Part shown: positions 46,102-55,608 of the stretch, piece after piece
How the letters are laid out: the number at the start of each line of letters is the position of its first letter
Position numbering within the stretch: the stretch's first letter is position 1
Origin: a virus
Direction: 5' to 3' (one strand)
DNA: 57,803 bases
IMG/VR virus record: IMGVR_UViG_3300045988_090863
Position numbers and translations under genes: made by a program
Notes under the pieces: model-generated
Database searches by the model: none
The model's input: the letters and a program-made list of their open reading frames with translations, nothing else
Told to the model about the DNA's origin: nothing

Positions 46102-46828
46102 TTTTATTTACCTCCTCATAATATCTATCAACTACCCAATTAAGAATAGTTCTATAGTCTGATTTATATTTTTTACCTTTTGATCCTTTGTAATTATCAA
46201 GGATTTCTATCATTCTTTTAGCAGCAGGCTCAGTATATTTATCAACCAGCTTTTTGTACTCATCATCTGTAAGAGTTACAAATTCAGCATAGTTCTTTTT
46301 CTTAACTTTTTCTGTTTTCTTCTGTTGCTGGTCTGTAGGTGGTGGCTGTTGTGGATCATTATCAAACAGATCAGGAACCTCTGGTATTGCAGTCGGAGCG
46401 TTTATATTAGCCGATAACTTTTCTTTTGTTTTATTACCTCCCTTTTTACCAGCCTCACGCCTTTTTGAGCTTATTTCATTAAGCCTTACCATCCTCCTAC
46501 TGTAGTATGCACCATCCTCCCTGATCGCACAAAGTCCAGAACTACAAAGAATGTCTATCCAACTGCTACCTCCATCTGAATCATATCCTACAAGTCTTAA
46601 GATCTCATCTTTTGTATAGATTTCCTGGTTAGGTTTAAGCATAACGCCACGTTCTGCGCTCTCCCACATATAGCACAACATATCTATCCACATACCTCTA
46701 ACACATGGAGCCAGGGATCTTACTACTGGATCCTTAAGCCAGATAGAAGTATTGAAAGGCATACTTGGAATAGCTGTTTTTTTCGCCATATTAGAGTTTT
46801 TATAAGTGGGGTGAGCAAAAGCCCACAC
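45959..46828 (-). CDS. Replication initiation / replisome organiser protein
   Basis: 289 aa. The N-terminal conserved block (WLKDPVVRSLAPCVRGMWIDMLCYMW) is DUF1376-like and the C-terminal part is DnaD-like. Located upstream of the helicase loader. Confidence 0.45.
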   Translation of the reverse strand: MWAFAHPTYKNSNMAKKTAIPSMPFNTSIWLKDPVVRSLAPCVRGMWIDMLCYMWESAERGVMLKPNQEIYTKDEILRLVGYDSDGGSSWIDILCSSGLCAIREDGAYYSRRMVRLNEISSKRREAGKKGGNKTKEKLSANINAPTAIPEVPDLFDNDPQQPPPTDQQQKKTEKVKKKNYAEFVTLTDDEYKKLVDKYTEPAAKRMIEILDNYKGSKGKKYKSDYRTILNWVVDRYYEEVNKNGTQWMQTHGGTNNSGNKAVPGGTQYANQSTGEHGDMETPKDYSQRF

Positions 46829-46843
46829 CCACGCTGTTAATGC

Positions 46844-47605
46844 TTATACTTCCAAAACAGGTATATCTGTAGCGATCTTACGGATCTTTTCAATCACATC
46901 ATCCAAACATCTGTCTCTGTATTCCTCACAAAGCTCATTTGCGCCTGGAGAAACGAGCTGTAGAAGTACTTCTCCATTGCTCAGGTAGTGATCAAATTCT
47001 ACTTCAATATTTGTCTTAGCTGTTCCCTTGAAAATAGGAATATTCACAGTGAATGATTTTGGCAGATTGCTTTCTACCTGGCTACGGTACACCTCAGCCA
47101 TGGAGCCAGATGGATCACGCTGTTTCTGGATCTCAGTTTTTGCTTTTGCCGTAAAGTTCTTAAGGGTAGAAACGAGAACCATGCACTTTTCCTTGTCCTC
47201 AAATACACCTCTGTTCAATCTCAGGAATTGCCCCAGTTTTGACGGAACCCAGCCACTTTCAGCATTGTTAATTCCGAACTTCTCAAACACATCAGAAAAT
47301 TCAACAGTACCTTTGATAATGCCTCTTGAATACTCATCATTTTCATTCACAGTAAGAGTGATTTCCATCTTTTCACGGTTAACCACCAGTGTAGCACGTT
47401 TCTGATCAATGGTATCAATTCTCTTTTCCAGCCAATCGAAAGGAGTTGAAATAACACCTGAAATGTTTGTTTTGATAGGAGCCTTAGTCGGCAGACTTTC
47501 TACAGCCTTAGCAGCTTCACCTGTTCTAAACTCAATCTGAATAGGTTTTTCACCTGTGTAGTGTTCAATGTTTACTGTCAAACCTTTTTCTTTCAATTCT
47601 TCCAT
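46844..47605 (-). CDS. Hypothetical protein
   Basis: 253-aa ORF. Confidence 0.5.
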   Translation of the reverse strand: MEELKEKGLTVNIEHYTGEKPIQIEFRTGEAAKAVESLPTKAPIKTNISGVISTPFDWLEKRIDTIDQKRATLVVNREKMEITLTVNENDEYSRGIIKGTVEFSDVFEKFGINNAESGWVPSKLGQFLRLNRGVFEDKEKCMVLVSTLKNFTAKAKTEIQKQRDPSGSMAEVYRSQVESNLPKSFTVNIPIFKGTAKTNIEVEFDHYLSNGEVLLQLVSPGANELCEEYRDRCLDDVIEKIRKIATDIPVLEV

Positions 47606-47631
47606 TTTGAATAAAATTTTAGCGTTAATAA

Positions 47632-48075
47632 TTAGTTATCTGTTCCTGTTTTTTCAGCAGAAGTTTCACGGATCATCCTGAACACATTCTTTTGCTTTTC
47701 CTCTTGTGTCATAGGACGTGCATCAAGCAAATGTCCCTCTGGGCTATAGAATCCAACCATACCCTCATCTTCAAACACGAATTTGAAACAGTCTCCCTTA
47801 ACCCAGTCACCACCAGCCTTAAGCTCATCACGTAATTTAACGATCCTTTCTTGCAGTGGTTTGATACGCCCTTTGTAGTCAGCCCTGATTTCAGCAAGTT
47901 CCTGTTCCAGATCCGCAATCTGAATTGATACATTTGCCAGTGATGCACGCCTCTCATTGATTTCCTGCTGGTCAAACCTCCTGGTATAACTTCTCTCTAC
48001 AATCTGATCACAACTATCACGCAAGATCTGTTCTCGCTGTTCGATAGGAGTGTCTGCTAACATAATGCCTTTCAT
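47632..48075 (-). CDS. Hypothetical coiled-coil protein
   Basis: 147-aa ORF. Confidence 0.5.
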   Translation of the reverse strand: MKGIMLADTPIEQREQILRDSCDQIVERSYTRRFDQQEINERRASLANVSIQIADLEQELAEIRADYKGRIKPLQERIVKLRDELKAGGDWVKGDCFKFVFEDEGMVGFYSPEGHLLDARPMTQEEKQKNVFRMIRETSAEKTGTDN

Positions 48076-48446
48076 CCTACAATAAGTTTAATTGTTTGTA
48101 AATCAAAATCTATATGAAAGTGATATTTGTTGAGAATGACAAATAACAAAACCATAATGCTTATTACACCATCAATGATACGCCATACTATATGACGTTT
48201 TGAGAACAGGCTTAAAATCAGAATCAGAATGAAACATACCCATTGCGAACTCATCAAGCCAACAATACATGCAAGGAAATAAATCACATTTACTACAACA
48301 TAGGTTGCGAAAGTTGCACTCATATCCTGTACATTTGACAAATCTCTGTATTTATTCACAGAAGCATGTATTTTCTTCACAGCAAACAGAGATAGGATCT
48401 CAAACGCCAGGAAAAAGGACACCAGTAAGTAAAATACATGTTCCAT
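48072..48446 (-). CDS. Multi-pass membrane protein (about 4 TM)
   Basis: 124 aa, mostly hydrophobic. Its start codon lies 1 nt after the stop of DGR target 2. Confidence 0.5.
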   Translation of the reverse strand: MEHVFYLLVSFFLAFEILSLFAVKKIHASVNKYRDLSNVQDMSATFATYVVVNVIYFLACIVGLMSSQWVCFILILILSLFSKRHIVWRIIDGVISIMVLLFVILNKYHFHIDFDLQTIKLIVG

Positions 48447-48447
48447 A

Positions 48448-49026
48448 TTACTTTATCCTTTCTCCAGTTGTAAAGTTGTAAGACAGGTATTCAGCCCACA
48501 ATTCTATAAACTGAGCACCGAAATACTGAGCCTTTTCCTCTGTTTCCTGGCACAAGCGGAACCCAACGTACGCACTCGCAAGCGAGGAGCGACTATTCGT
48601 ACTCAGACAACCGAACCCCGCAGACGTACCATGAGTCGCAGAAGCAGACAGGAGGGCACCCCTTTGAACTTCATTAAGTCTTTCAATCTCATCCTTAGTG
48701 TATAGCGCAAAGAACGGGTACCAATAGCATTTTTCTCCTTTTGGATCTGGCATAGGATCAAAGTTTTTACCCCATAAAGCCTTACTTACAGTCTCCAGCT
48801 TCATCAATGCTACAACATGTTTTGGCAAGTTCATATCAGGCTTAATAGTAGGTACACCAAGAGCCTCACAAGCATCCTCATAAGACTTGATAGTCTTATA
48901 ATTATCCAAAGTAGGAGCTTCACGCTTGCAAAACAAAGCAGCCAGGACTTCTTTCATTTCATCAGTTTTAGCAGCCTGGAAAGCAGCCTTAACATCATTT
49001 TCTGTTACTTCAATTACTTTGTTCAT
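48448..49026 (-). CDS. DGR target protein 2 (small, non-structural context)
   Basis: 192 aa. GALLSASATHGTSAGFGCLSTNSRSSLASAYVGFRLC is encoded by VR2, and 33 further codons follow. No signal peptide or TM seen. Confidence 0.85.
   Translation of the reverse strand: MNKVIEVTENDVKAAFQAAKTDEMKEVLAALFCKREAPTLDNYKTIKSYEDACEALGVPTIKPDMNLPKHVVALMKLETVSKALWGKNFDPMPDPKGEKCYWYPFFALYTKDEIERLNEVQRGALLSASATHGTSAGFGCLSTNSRSSLASAYVGFRLCQETEEKAQYFGAQFIELWAEYLSYNFTTGERIK
48549..48663 (-). repeat. DGR variable repeat 2 (VR2), remote from the TR
   Basis: 115 positions aligned to TR 4023-4137 with 16 mismatches, all at plus-strand T of the TR (coding-strand A). Confidence 0.9.
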
Positions 49027-49112
49027 CTTTCAATTTTTTTAATTTGGTTACTAATTTCTTTGATAATCTTATTGCATTTCCAACCCTTGTACTATGGTTA
49101 GGTGGAATGTTC

Positions 49113-49589
49113 TCAATCAACACAGGAATCAATCTGATCAATTCCGATACTACAGCATTTGGTATTCTTTTCATTTGTTTTCCAGTAGCGATCAGGATCT
49201 GGTATCTCTATTGAAAGGTATTCCCTGGCATACTCTCTTAGCTTTTCGCAATAAGTTGAGAATGTAACAGTGTCCATTGTTGCAGTAGAACCAGGGAACT
49301 CTATTATTTCACCTGTATGCTTGTTTACAACTTTATCTGCTGTCATTTGAGACTTGAAAAACTCATGTACCTGTTCAACAGAAACGAACTCCCAACCAGC
49401 ATCCAGTAAAGCGTCAAGCAGCATAGGATATATACACCCCCACAACCATCCATTTTGATCATTAGAACGAGGCTTACGGACTTTCTTAACTTCCACCCGA
49501 TATATTCCATCACAAACAGAGCAGAACCAGTTATAAAGCGGCTTAAGATCGAACAGCCCATTCTTTTTTTCTACCAGAACCTTAGACAT
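49113..49589 (-). CDS. Hypothetical protein, possibly NinB/Orf-like recombination mediator
   Basis: KPRSNDQNGWLWG resembles the RS..QN...W motif of the NinB family. Weak. Confidence 0.3.
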   Translation of the reverse strand: MSKVLVEKKNGLFDLKPLYNWFCSVCDGIYRVEVKKVRKPRSNDQNGWLWGCIYPMLLDALLDAGWEFVSVEQVHEFFKSQMTADKVVNKHTGEIIEFPGSTATMDTVTFSTYCEKLREYAREYLSIEIPDPDRYWKTNEKNTKCCSIGIDQIDSCVD

Positions 49590-49590
49590 A

Positions 49591-50328
49591 TCAAATCCTG
49601 TTTATATTGATTACAAGACCTGGGTTAGCGGCATACACTACTTTTCCTGTTAATCTTTCAATTTCCGATACAAATAGCCTTTCATCAGAGTTGTTATCCG
49701 ACATGTGAAGTAAGACAATATTCATACAGGATGATAGATCACATTCACTCAGGTAATTTTTACACGTATTAAGCTCCATGTGAGATACCATTAAGCGATC
49801 TTTTTGTGATTTCAAAGTTCTGCCAGCGTTAATAGCATCCATCAGCTTCACCATAGAATAATTACACTCAATCAAAACATGCGATAAACCGCCAAACATA
49901 TAATCACATCTACAGCTATCAGTAAGAAATAGGATCTTTCCGCAATCAGGATGATCTATGTGATAGCCAACACAGGGTACATCATGGTTTGCCTCAAATG
50001 GCAATATTTTGAAGTTTCCAAGTTTATACCCTTTACCAGGCACAACAGGAATAGAACGTGTTTCGCTGTATATTCCTTTTGCAGTCCATACCTCTGGTAA
50101 AGCCAGCGTATAGAAGCCATTATCAACCATTGATTTTATGAATTTGGCATGATCGTTATGCTGGTGAGTGATAAGGCAGCCCACCACTTTCCTGATATTG
50201 AAATCAAGAGCCTTTTTCACCTCAGCAAAGCGTATTCCAGCTTCAATGATTAAAGCCTCTTTTCCATTGTCAAGAATGTAACAATTACCGCTGGATGAGC
50301 TACCTAACACTTTCAATTCCATAATCAA
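49591..50328 (-). CDS. Metallo-beta-lactamase-fold hydrolase (probable nuclease partner of RecT)
   Basis: HQHNDH (HxHxDH) motif. 4-nt overlap with recT. Confidence 0.7.
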   Translation of the reverse strand: MIMELKVLGSSSSGNCYILDNGKEALIIEAGIRFAEVKKALDFNIRKVVGCLITHQHNDHAKFIKSMVDNGFYTLALPEVWTAKGIYSETRSIPVVPGKGYKLGNFKILPFEANHDVPCVGYHIDHPDCGKILFLTDSCRCDYMFGGLSHVLIECNYSMVKLMDAINAGRTLKSQKDRLMVSHMELNTCKNYLSECDLSSCMNIVLLHMSDNNSDERLFVSEIERLTGKVVYAANPGLVININRI

Positions 50329-51299
50329 TAACCTGGATCATCATCATTATTAGCTGGCGCAACACTGGAATGAGATACGTCCTCATAAGCTACAGATTCA
50401 GCATCTATCACCTTAACAGGCTGATCATCCACCTGTAGTACATTATCATCATAAGTTTCACCAGCAAAATCATTAGCAATAGCATTCTGCATTTCGATAG
50501 ACAAGTAGCCATATTTACTTAGTAAAATTCGGATAACAGTCTTAATCGCCATACCGTGAAAGTTACCCATCCATCCTACAGTATTACTATCTGGCATAAC
50601 AGGAGCACTTGCAAGTGCTATGAGACTTTCCACTGTAGTGTCTCTTTTAAGCCCCTTAGAGTACTTCTTAGCGTGCGTTGCCATCTGTTCAACCGTCATG
50701 TACAAAGTCTTAGAAAAGCCATTGAGAAGTTCAAAATAGCAGAAGTAACCAACAACCTTATCAGACAGCTTTTCTCCATCGAAAGCAATCTCACCAGTCA
50801 ACTTATTGACCTTTCTTAGTTCACCCTCATATACAGCATCAGCATTCAGAGTTCTGTATTGACCTGTACGCATAGCAAGCTGTATATATCCTTTGTACCC
50901 CATTTGGAATGTTGGCACCATAACTTTGTCATAGATAGGCTTTCGTGTATTCGGATCAATAACCACATTTCCATTCTGATCAATTCTTTTAACTGACAAG
51001 TTGTATGGAATGATATAGGCATATCCAAGAGCCTTGTTTATAGGCAAATGCAATACAGCAGCTTTCAACGCCTCACTAACAACTGTTTTAGGATCGCAAA
51101 GCTGGAGATTACTATCTCCATTATACAAGTCAATTACGGAAGCAACGAATGTTCCAGAGTTTTTACCTAAAGCATTCTTGAACTGAGCCTGAACACTATC
51201 TGCATTGAGAATACCTTTCAGGACATCTACCTTTTTGGGCTGTTTAGCAACCGCCCCGCCATTTGCAGCCACATGGACTGCGGTTGATTGTGTAGTCAT
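50325..51299 (-). CDS. recT: RecT-family single-strand annealing protein
   Basis: 324 aa with RecT-like blocks (CDPKTVVSEALKAAVLHLPINKALGYAYIIPY, GYKGYIQLAMRTGQY). Confidence 0.78.
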   Translation of the reverse strand: MTTQSTAVHVAANGGAVAKQPKKVDVLKGILNADSVQAQFKNALGKNSGTFVASVIDLYNGDSNLQLCDPKTVVSEALKAAVLHLPINKALGYAYIIPYNLSVKRIDQNGNVVIDPNTRKPIYDKVMVPTFQMGYKGYIQLAMRTGQYRTLNADAVYEGELRKVNKLTGEIAFDGEKLSDKVVGYFCYFELLNGFSKTLYMTVEQMATHAKKYSKGLKRDTTVESLIALASAPVMPDSNTVGWMGNFHGMAIKTVIRILLSKYGYLSIEMQNAIANDFAGETYDDNVLQVDDQPVKVIDAESVAYEDVSHSSVAPANNDDDPGY

Positions 51300-51305
51300 A
51301 TCTTA

Positions 51306-53267
51306 TTAGTTTACTGTTAGTTTATCTTTTGAAACGACCAAATTTATCACCTGAGATACAGTAGGAATAATCTTGTTAACTGATTCGCTGTTGTCAATAA
51401 AGATCGGTGCTGAAACTCCCTTGTATCGGCATATTGCGTTGATAATATCAAGACCAGCGTTAACCTTACCAGCAGTATTTACATCAGGATATGGAGTTCC
51501 GTTCACAGTACAAACGCATGTAAGTTTTTCACCACCATTAAGCTGTTCACTAACGAATGAGAAGTTAACCACCTCAAACATACCGTTGATCTTTTCCATG
51601 AGCTTTGCATCCTTATCCTTTTGGAAGGAGATCGCTGTAAATTCCCATTTTTCCAGATCAGCAAGAGCCTGGTTATTCTGGATTCTCTTTTCCTCCAGTT
51701 CCTCAATCTCCTTTTGAGATCGTTCTATCAGATCACGCTTAGCAAGTCTTTTATACAACTCCTGGATATTCTCATCCAAAGATGATTTAGCAAAACGAAG
51801 ATCGCTAACATCTACAGGCTTAGATTCAACATTAAGCTGATTGTTAAGATCTGCTATTTCATTATTCAAGCTGATACATGTAGGATCATTCTTGATCATT
51901 GCATCAACATCAGGAGTTTCAGGGATATTAGCTTTCTGAACTTCGATTTCTCTCTCAATCAGTACGATTCTATCCTCTGATTCCTTGATTTTAGCGAGAA
52001 TACCATCACGCTCAGCCTCTTTCCTTTTTTTCAATTCAACCAGTGAAAAACCTTTGTCCTTATTTTCTTTTAATCTTTTAGCCTTATTCTGATTGAAATT
52101 AGCAAGCAGCTCATTCTGCTTTGCCTCAATATCATCAACCTCTAACTGGCGTTTACATGTTGGGCAAACAAAGGCACCCTCTGGGTATTGTATTGTTTCT
52201 GCATTGATCTGCCTGTATTCATTTCTCAGAACAGACAGATTTTCTTCGATTCTCTGTATTTCTGATTCACAGTTTGCCAGTGAACTACGATTCAGTTCAA
52301 GTTCCCTGGTTTCTGTTTTATGGTTATACTCCAGATCTTGTAATTTCATCATAACCTTATTTCTCTCAGATCCAGCAGCAGCCTTGATCTCATTCTGACG
52401 GCTAACCAGGGACATCCTTTTGTCTCCTATTGTTCTTTGTATTCCAAGTTTACGCTGGCTTTCCTGTTCGTTAATCTTAGACTTATCAGCGATCTGATTA
52501 TCTATCTCAGAAACACGTTGTTTCTTCTGTTGCAGTTCAACTTCAAGAGCTTCCCAATCTTCTGATTCTGGCATCAGTTTTCTGGCTGTATCTATTTGTG
52601 ACGGAATAACAGCAAGAACATCTTTACATGCCTTTTTCTTAGCAGCTACTTCTTTGGAGAACTGGGAAAGACTTCTACCAGACAACTGAGACAAAAGTTC
52701 AATATATTCAGGCTTAATAGCAGCCACTTCATCATCAGATATACCGCCAGCCATATCAAGCAGAAGTTCTTTTTGTACGTCTGCCTTAAGAGAAGTGAAA
52801 TAGAAAGGATTTGTTACCATCCTGAAAAGATCCTCAGTAAGAATAGCATCTACTTCACTTTCATACTCTTTCTTTGTCGCCAGCTTAACATCGTTAAGAT
52901 AAAATTCAGTCTCATGGTTCTTTAGAGTTTCCTCAGTAGTACCCCTGGGCTTAACCCATTTCTCAACATAGTTACGCTGGAATTTCATTTCCTTTCCGTC
53001 AACACTAATTACACCAGCAACATAATGCTCCAGGCGTAGGATAGGTCTCTTTGTAGCTGGATCAATGGTTTTGATATTGAAATTACTGTCAGACCTGCCT
53101 GTACTATCTTTTCCGAAAAACAGCCATGTAAAAGCGTCAAAAATAGTAGTCTTACCTGTTCCATTGTCCCCACTGATTACAGTTACCCGATCTGAGAAGT
53201 TTACTTCCAGGTTTCTTACACCCTTGAAATTTACCAGGTGTAACGATTTTAGTTTAATTTCTCTCAT
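51306..53267 (-). CDS. Rad50/SbcC-like AAA ATPase with coiled coil and CxxC zinc hook
   Basis: Walker A GDNGTGKTT, long coiled-coil middle region with CPTCKRQL, C-terminal signature region. Confidence 0.75.
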   Translation of the reverse strand: MREIKLKSLHLVNFKGVRNLEVNFSDRVTVISGDNGTGKTTIFDAFTWLFFGKDSTGRSDSNFNIKTIDPATKRPILRLEHYVAGVISVDGKEMKFQRNYVEKWVKPRGTTEETLKNHETEFYLNDVKLATKKEYESEVDAILTEDLFRMVTNPFYFTSLKADVQKELLLDMAGGISDDEVAAIKPEYIELLSQLSGRSLSQFSKEVAAKKKACKDVLAVIPSQIDTARKLMPESEDWEALEVELQQKKQRVSEIDNQIADKSKINEQESQRKLGIQRTIGDKRMSLVSRQNEIKAAAGSERNKVMMKLQDLEYNHKTETRELELNRSSLANCESEIQRIEENLSVLRNEYRQINAETIQYPEGAFVCPTCKRQLEVDDIEAKQNELLANFNQNKAKRLKENKDKGFSLVELKKRKEAERDGILAKIKESEDRIVLIEREIEVQKANIPETPDVDAMIKNDPTCISLNNEIADLNNQLNVESKPVDVSDLRFAKSSLDENIQELYKRLAKRDLIERSQKEIEELEEKRIQNNQALADLEKWEFTAISFQKDKDAKLMEKINGMFEVVNFSFVSEQLNGGEKLTCVCTVNGTPYPDVNTAGKVNAGLDIINAICRYKGVSAPIFIDNSESVNKIIPTVSQVINLVVSKDKLTVN

Positions 53268-53268
53268 G

Positions 53269-53553
53269 TTACTTATTGATTATTGAATTGATTTTTTCTG
53301 ATTTGTCAGCAGCTAAAAGATCTGCCATTGAATAGAGTACTTTGGATCTACTACTACTTCCAGATCTCATAGGTGAAACAGTACCATTATACACCCACCT
53401 TTTCACTCTGCTTTCCTGGAATAGCCTGTAAGCCTCACGCTGTGATATAAGATCATCACCTGGCTTTGTCTGCTTTATGTAGTTAGCAGCCCCAAGCTCA
53501 GCCATTTCCTTACAGATATTCTTTATTTCGTATAGTTCCAAAGTTATTGCCAT
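53269..53553 (-). CDS. Hypothetical protein (possible small DNA-binding protein)
   Basis: 94-aa ORF. Confidence 0.45.
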   Translation of the reverse strand: MAITLELYEIKNICKEMAELGAANYIKQTKPGDDLISQREAYRLFQESRVKRWVYNGTVSPMRSGSSSRSKVLYSMADLLAADKSEKINSIINK

Positions 53554-53554
53554 A

Positions 53555-53812
53555 TTATTTATTCCTTATTCTTTTGAAATATGATCTAACACTCTCTGTT
53601 CCATACATATCATCCGTATAGAATACATAAGAAAGAATTAAACAGAAAAAAGCAGTGAAATAATGCCACCAGGCATGGAAAAAGATTGCTCCAATTAGAG
53701 CGAAAATACCAAAGGCAAATGATATTACCCCTTGTACTAAATTCATTAAAGTTTCTGATTTCATCGGTGTTGCATTTTTAGATGTTAAACAATTCATTTT
53801 CTGGAACTCCAA
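53555..53812 (-). CDS. Small two-TM membrane protein
   Basis: 85 aa with two hydrophobic segments. Confidence 0.45.
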   Translation of the reverse strand: MEFQKMNCLTSKNATPMKSETLMNLVQGVISFAFGIFALIGAIFFHAWWHYFTAFFCLILSYVFYTDDMYGTESVRSYFKRIRNK

Positions 53813-53996
53813 GTTCTTTAGAGATTATGGAGATTTTGAGTGCATCAGGCTTTTGTGTGCCTGCCAGCCAGCATCTAACAGTAGTAGGGTGTACCTTGCA
53901 GATTTCTGCCATCCTCCTTACAAAGTCAGCTTTCGGTGCTTCAACCTTTCGGTTAGGTAGTCGGTCATAAATTTTTCTGAATGTACTTTTTTTCAT
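53778..53996 (-). CDS. Cro-like HTH regulator
   Basis: 72 aa with HTH-like MAEICKVHPTTVRCWLAG. Divergent from the CI-like gene. Confidence 0.55.
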   Translation of the reverse strand: MKKSTFRKIYDRLPNRKVEAPKADFVRRMAEICKVHPTTVRCWLAGTQKPDALKISIISKELGVPENELFNI

Positions 53997-54036
53997 TTTT
54001 TACTCGGTTTAATACGCTCCGCAAACACATTTTAGC

Positions 54037-54077
54037 TATATTTGCACCATTACTATTATTATCATGTTGCAAATATA
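54037..54077. promoter_or_regulatory. Immunity-region inverted repeat TATATTTGCA-N21-TGCAAATATA (each arm contains a TAnnTTTG -7 box, one per strand)
   Basis: Read directly. 54037-54046 is the exact reverse complement of 54068-54077. Confidence 0.5.
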
Positions 54078-54127
54078 CAGAATTTAATTCTAATAAAACA
54101 AGAATTTACGGAGTTATTTTCAGAATA

Positions 54128-54139
54128 TTTTGCGCAAAA
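54128..54139. promoter_or_regulatory. Perfect 12-bp palindrome TTTTGCGCAAAA in the CI leader
   Basis: Read directly. Shares the TTTGC/GCAAA half-sites with the nine-copy palindrome array. Confidence 0.4.
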
Positions 54140-54182
54140 AATGTAACACTTTGATTTTCAATTAGAAATAAACTCGGTAAAA

Positions 54183-54845
54183 ATGAGCAAAACAAAAGAT
54201 AGATTACTGGAGTTTCTGAAATACAAGAAGCTCGGACAACAGAAATTTGAAATATCTATAGGGATGAGTAACGGATGGGCAAACAAGGTCGGTGACAACA
54301 TACGTGAAACCACACTAAATAAGATAAAAGAAGTTTATCCAGAATTAAACATAGCATGGCTTAAGGCTGGTATTGGCTCAATGCTTATCAATGGAGATAA
54401 TGAGGTAACTTTAGAAACTCCAGAAGATGATAACCAGGAAACGACTGCAAAGCTCGTACCCCTTTTGCCGATAGCAGCACAAGGTGGAAGTCTTAACGAT
54501 TTTGTTGTATCAGTAAAAGATAGTGATTGTGAAAAGGTAGTATCTCCGATAAAAGGTGCTCAGTTTGCTATGCCTGTAAGTGGTGATAGTATGGCTCCAG
54601 AATATCCTAACGGATCACAGATCTTTATCAAACGTATAAATGAAAAGGCATTTATAGAGTGGGGTAAGGTGTATGTACTTGACACTTGCAACGGAACAGT
54701 TATAAAGATATTGGTTCCGTCTGAAAAAGATGGATATGTTCGCTGTTTATCAATCAATAAAGATCCTATCTTTGCACCATTTGATGTTTCCTGGAGTGAC
54801 GTTTATGGAGTGTACAGAGTTCTATTATGTATGTCAGTAAAATAA
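54183..54845 (+). CDS. CI/LexA-like repressor (N-terminal HTH, C-terminal S24 peptidase)
   Basis: GDSMAPEYPNGSQIFIKR (S24 Ser region) and a later Lys region. N-terminal CI-type HTH ending AWLKAGIG. Confidence 0.85.
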   Translation: MSKTKDRLLEFLKYKKLGQQKFEISIGMSNGWANKVGDNIRETTLNKIKEVYPELNIAWLKAGIGSMLINGDNEVTLETPEDDNQETTAKLVPLLPIAAQGGSLNDFVVSVKDSDCEKVVSPIKGAQFAMPVSGDSMAPEYPNGSQIFIKRINEKAFIEWGKVYVLDTCNGTVIKILVPSEKDGYVRCLSINKDPIFAPFDVSWSDVYGVYRVLLCMSVK

Positions 54846-54851
54846 ACAGTC

Positions 54852-55043
54852 ATGGAAAAGTATTACACAATGGTAATGGATCTCTATAGGGATGCCATTA
54901 CAGGAAATTACCAGGTAAATCAATCTACAGATGTAAAAAAAGAGTTGTATTGTGCCATAACAGCATCCAGGATAAAAGGAGAAAAAACAGAGGTGCTGGA
55001 GGACTTAATCAAGAGAATTAACGAACTGGAGGAAAAACAATGA
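54852..55043 (+). CDS. Hypothetical protein
   Basis: 63-aa ORF with a 4-nt overlap with the next gene. Confidence 0.45.
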   Translation: MEKYYTMVMDLYRDAITGNYQVNQSTDVKKELYCAITASRIKGEKTEVLEDLIKRINELEEKQ

Positions 55044-55357
55044 AAAAAACTATATTAGCAGCATTGATGGTTGCATTCTTATCAGGATGCTCAAAAGAGG
55101 ACAATACGGTTACAATAACCAATTTATCAGGTAAATCATGGTATGAAACACAGGTTTGGTTCCGACAAACAGAAGATGGTGAGTTGTCTGGATATACAGA
55201 GGTTGGAACTGTTGATGTCGGATCATCGTGTGTTGTCGAAACGGACGATCCTATCTTTTACATATACGCAAAAGACAATAGAGGAAAAATGATCATGTCT
55301 AAAAACATACATATCAATGGAAGCAAAGCCACAGTTAAAGAAAGTGATTTATACTAA
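55040..55357 (+). CDS. Lipoprotein (possible superinfection-exclusion factor)
   Basis: Signal peptide with lipobox AFLSGCSKED. Located in the lysogeny-expressed operon after CI. Confidence 0.6.
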   Translation: MKKTILAALMVAFLSGCSKEDNTVTITNLSGKSWYETQVWFRQTEDGELSGYTEVGTVDVGSSCVVETDDPIFYIYAKDNRGKMIMSKNIHINGSKATVKESDLY

Positions 55358-55608
55358 TGAATACAAATGTGAGCAAACAGATTATAGAAAGATTCTATTC
55401 AGCCCTGGACGCAATCATAGAAGCGAAAAAGATCAGAGGCGTTAACACATACTGTAGGTTGTATGATATAGATAGGAGAAACTTTATTGCACAAAGGAAA
55501 GATCTTGATCGTGGCTGGTTTCAGGTTTCCTGGCTACAGCCCATGGTACGTGAATATGGTGTTAGTGCAAGATGGCTACTTACTGGATATGGTAAAATGT
55601 TTGAATAA
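55357..55608 (+). CDS. HTH DNA-binding protein (CI-type HTH only)
   Basis: 83 aa. The C-terminal VSARWLLTGYGKMF resembles the end of CI-type HTH domains. Confidence 0.45.
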   Translation: MNTNVSKQIIERFYSALDAIIEAKKIRGVNTYCRLYDIDRRNFIAQRKDLDRGWFQVSWLQPMVREYGVSARWLLTGYGKMFE

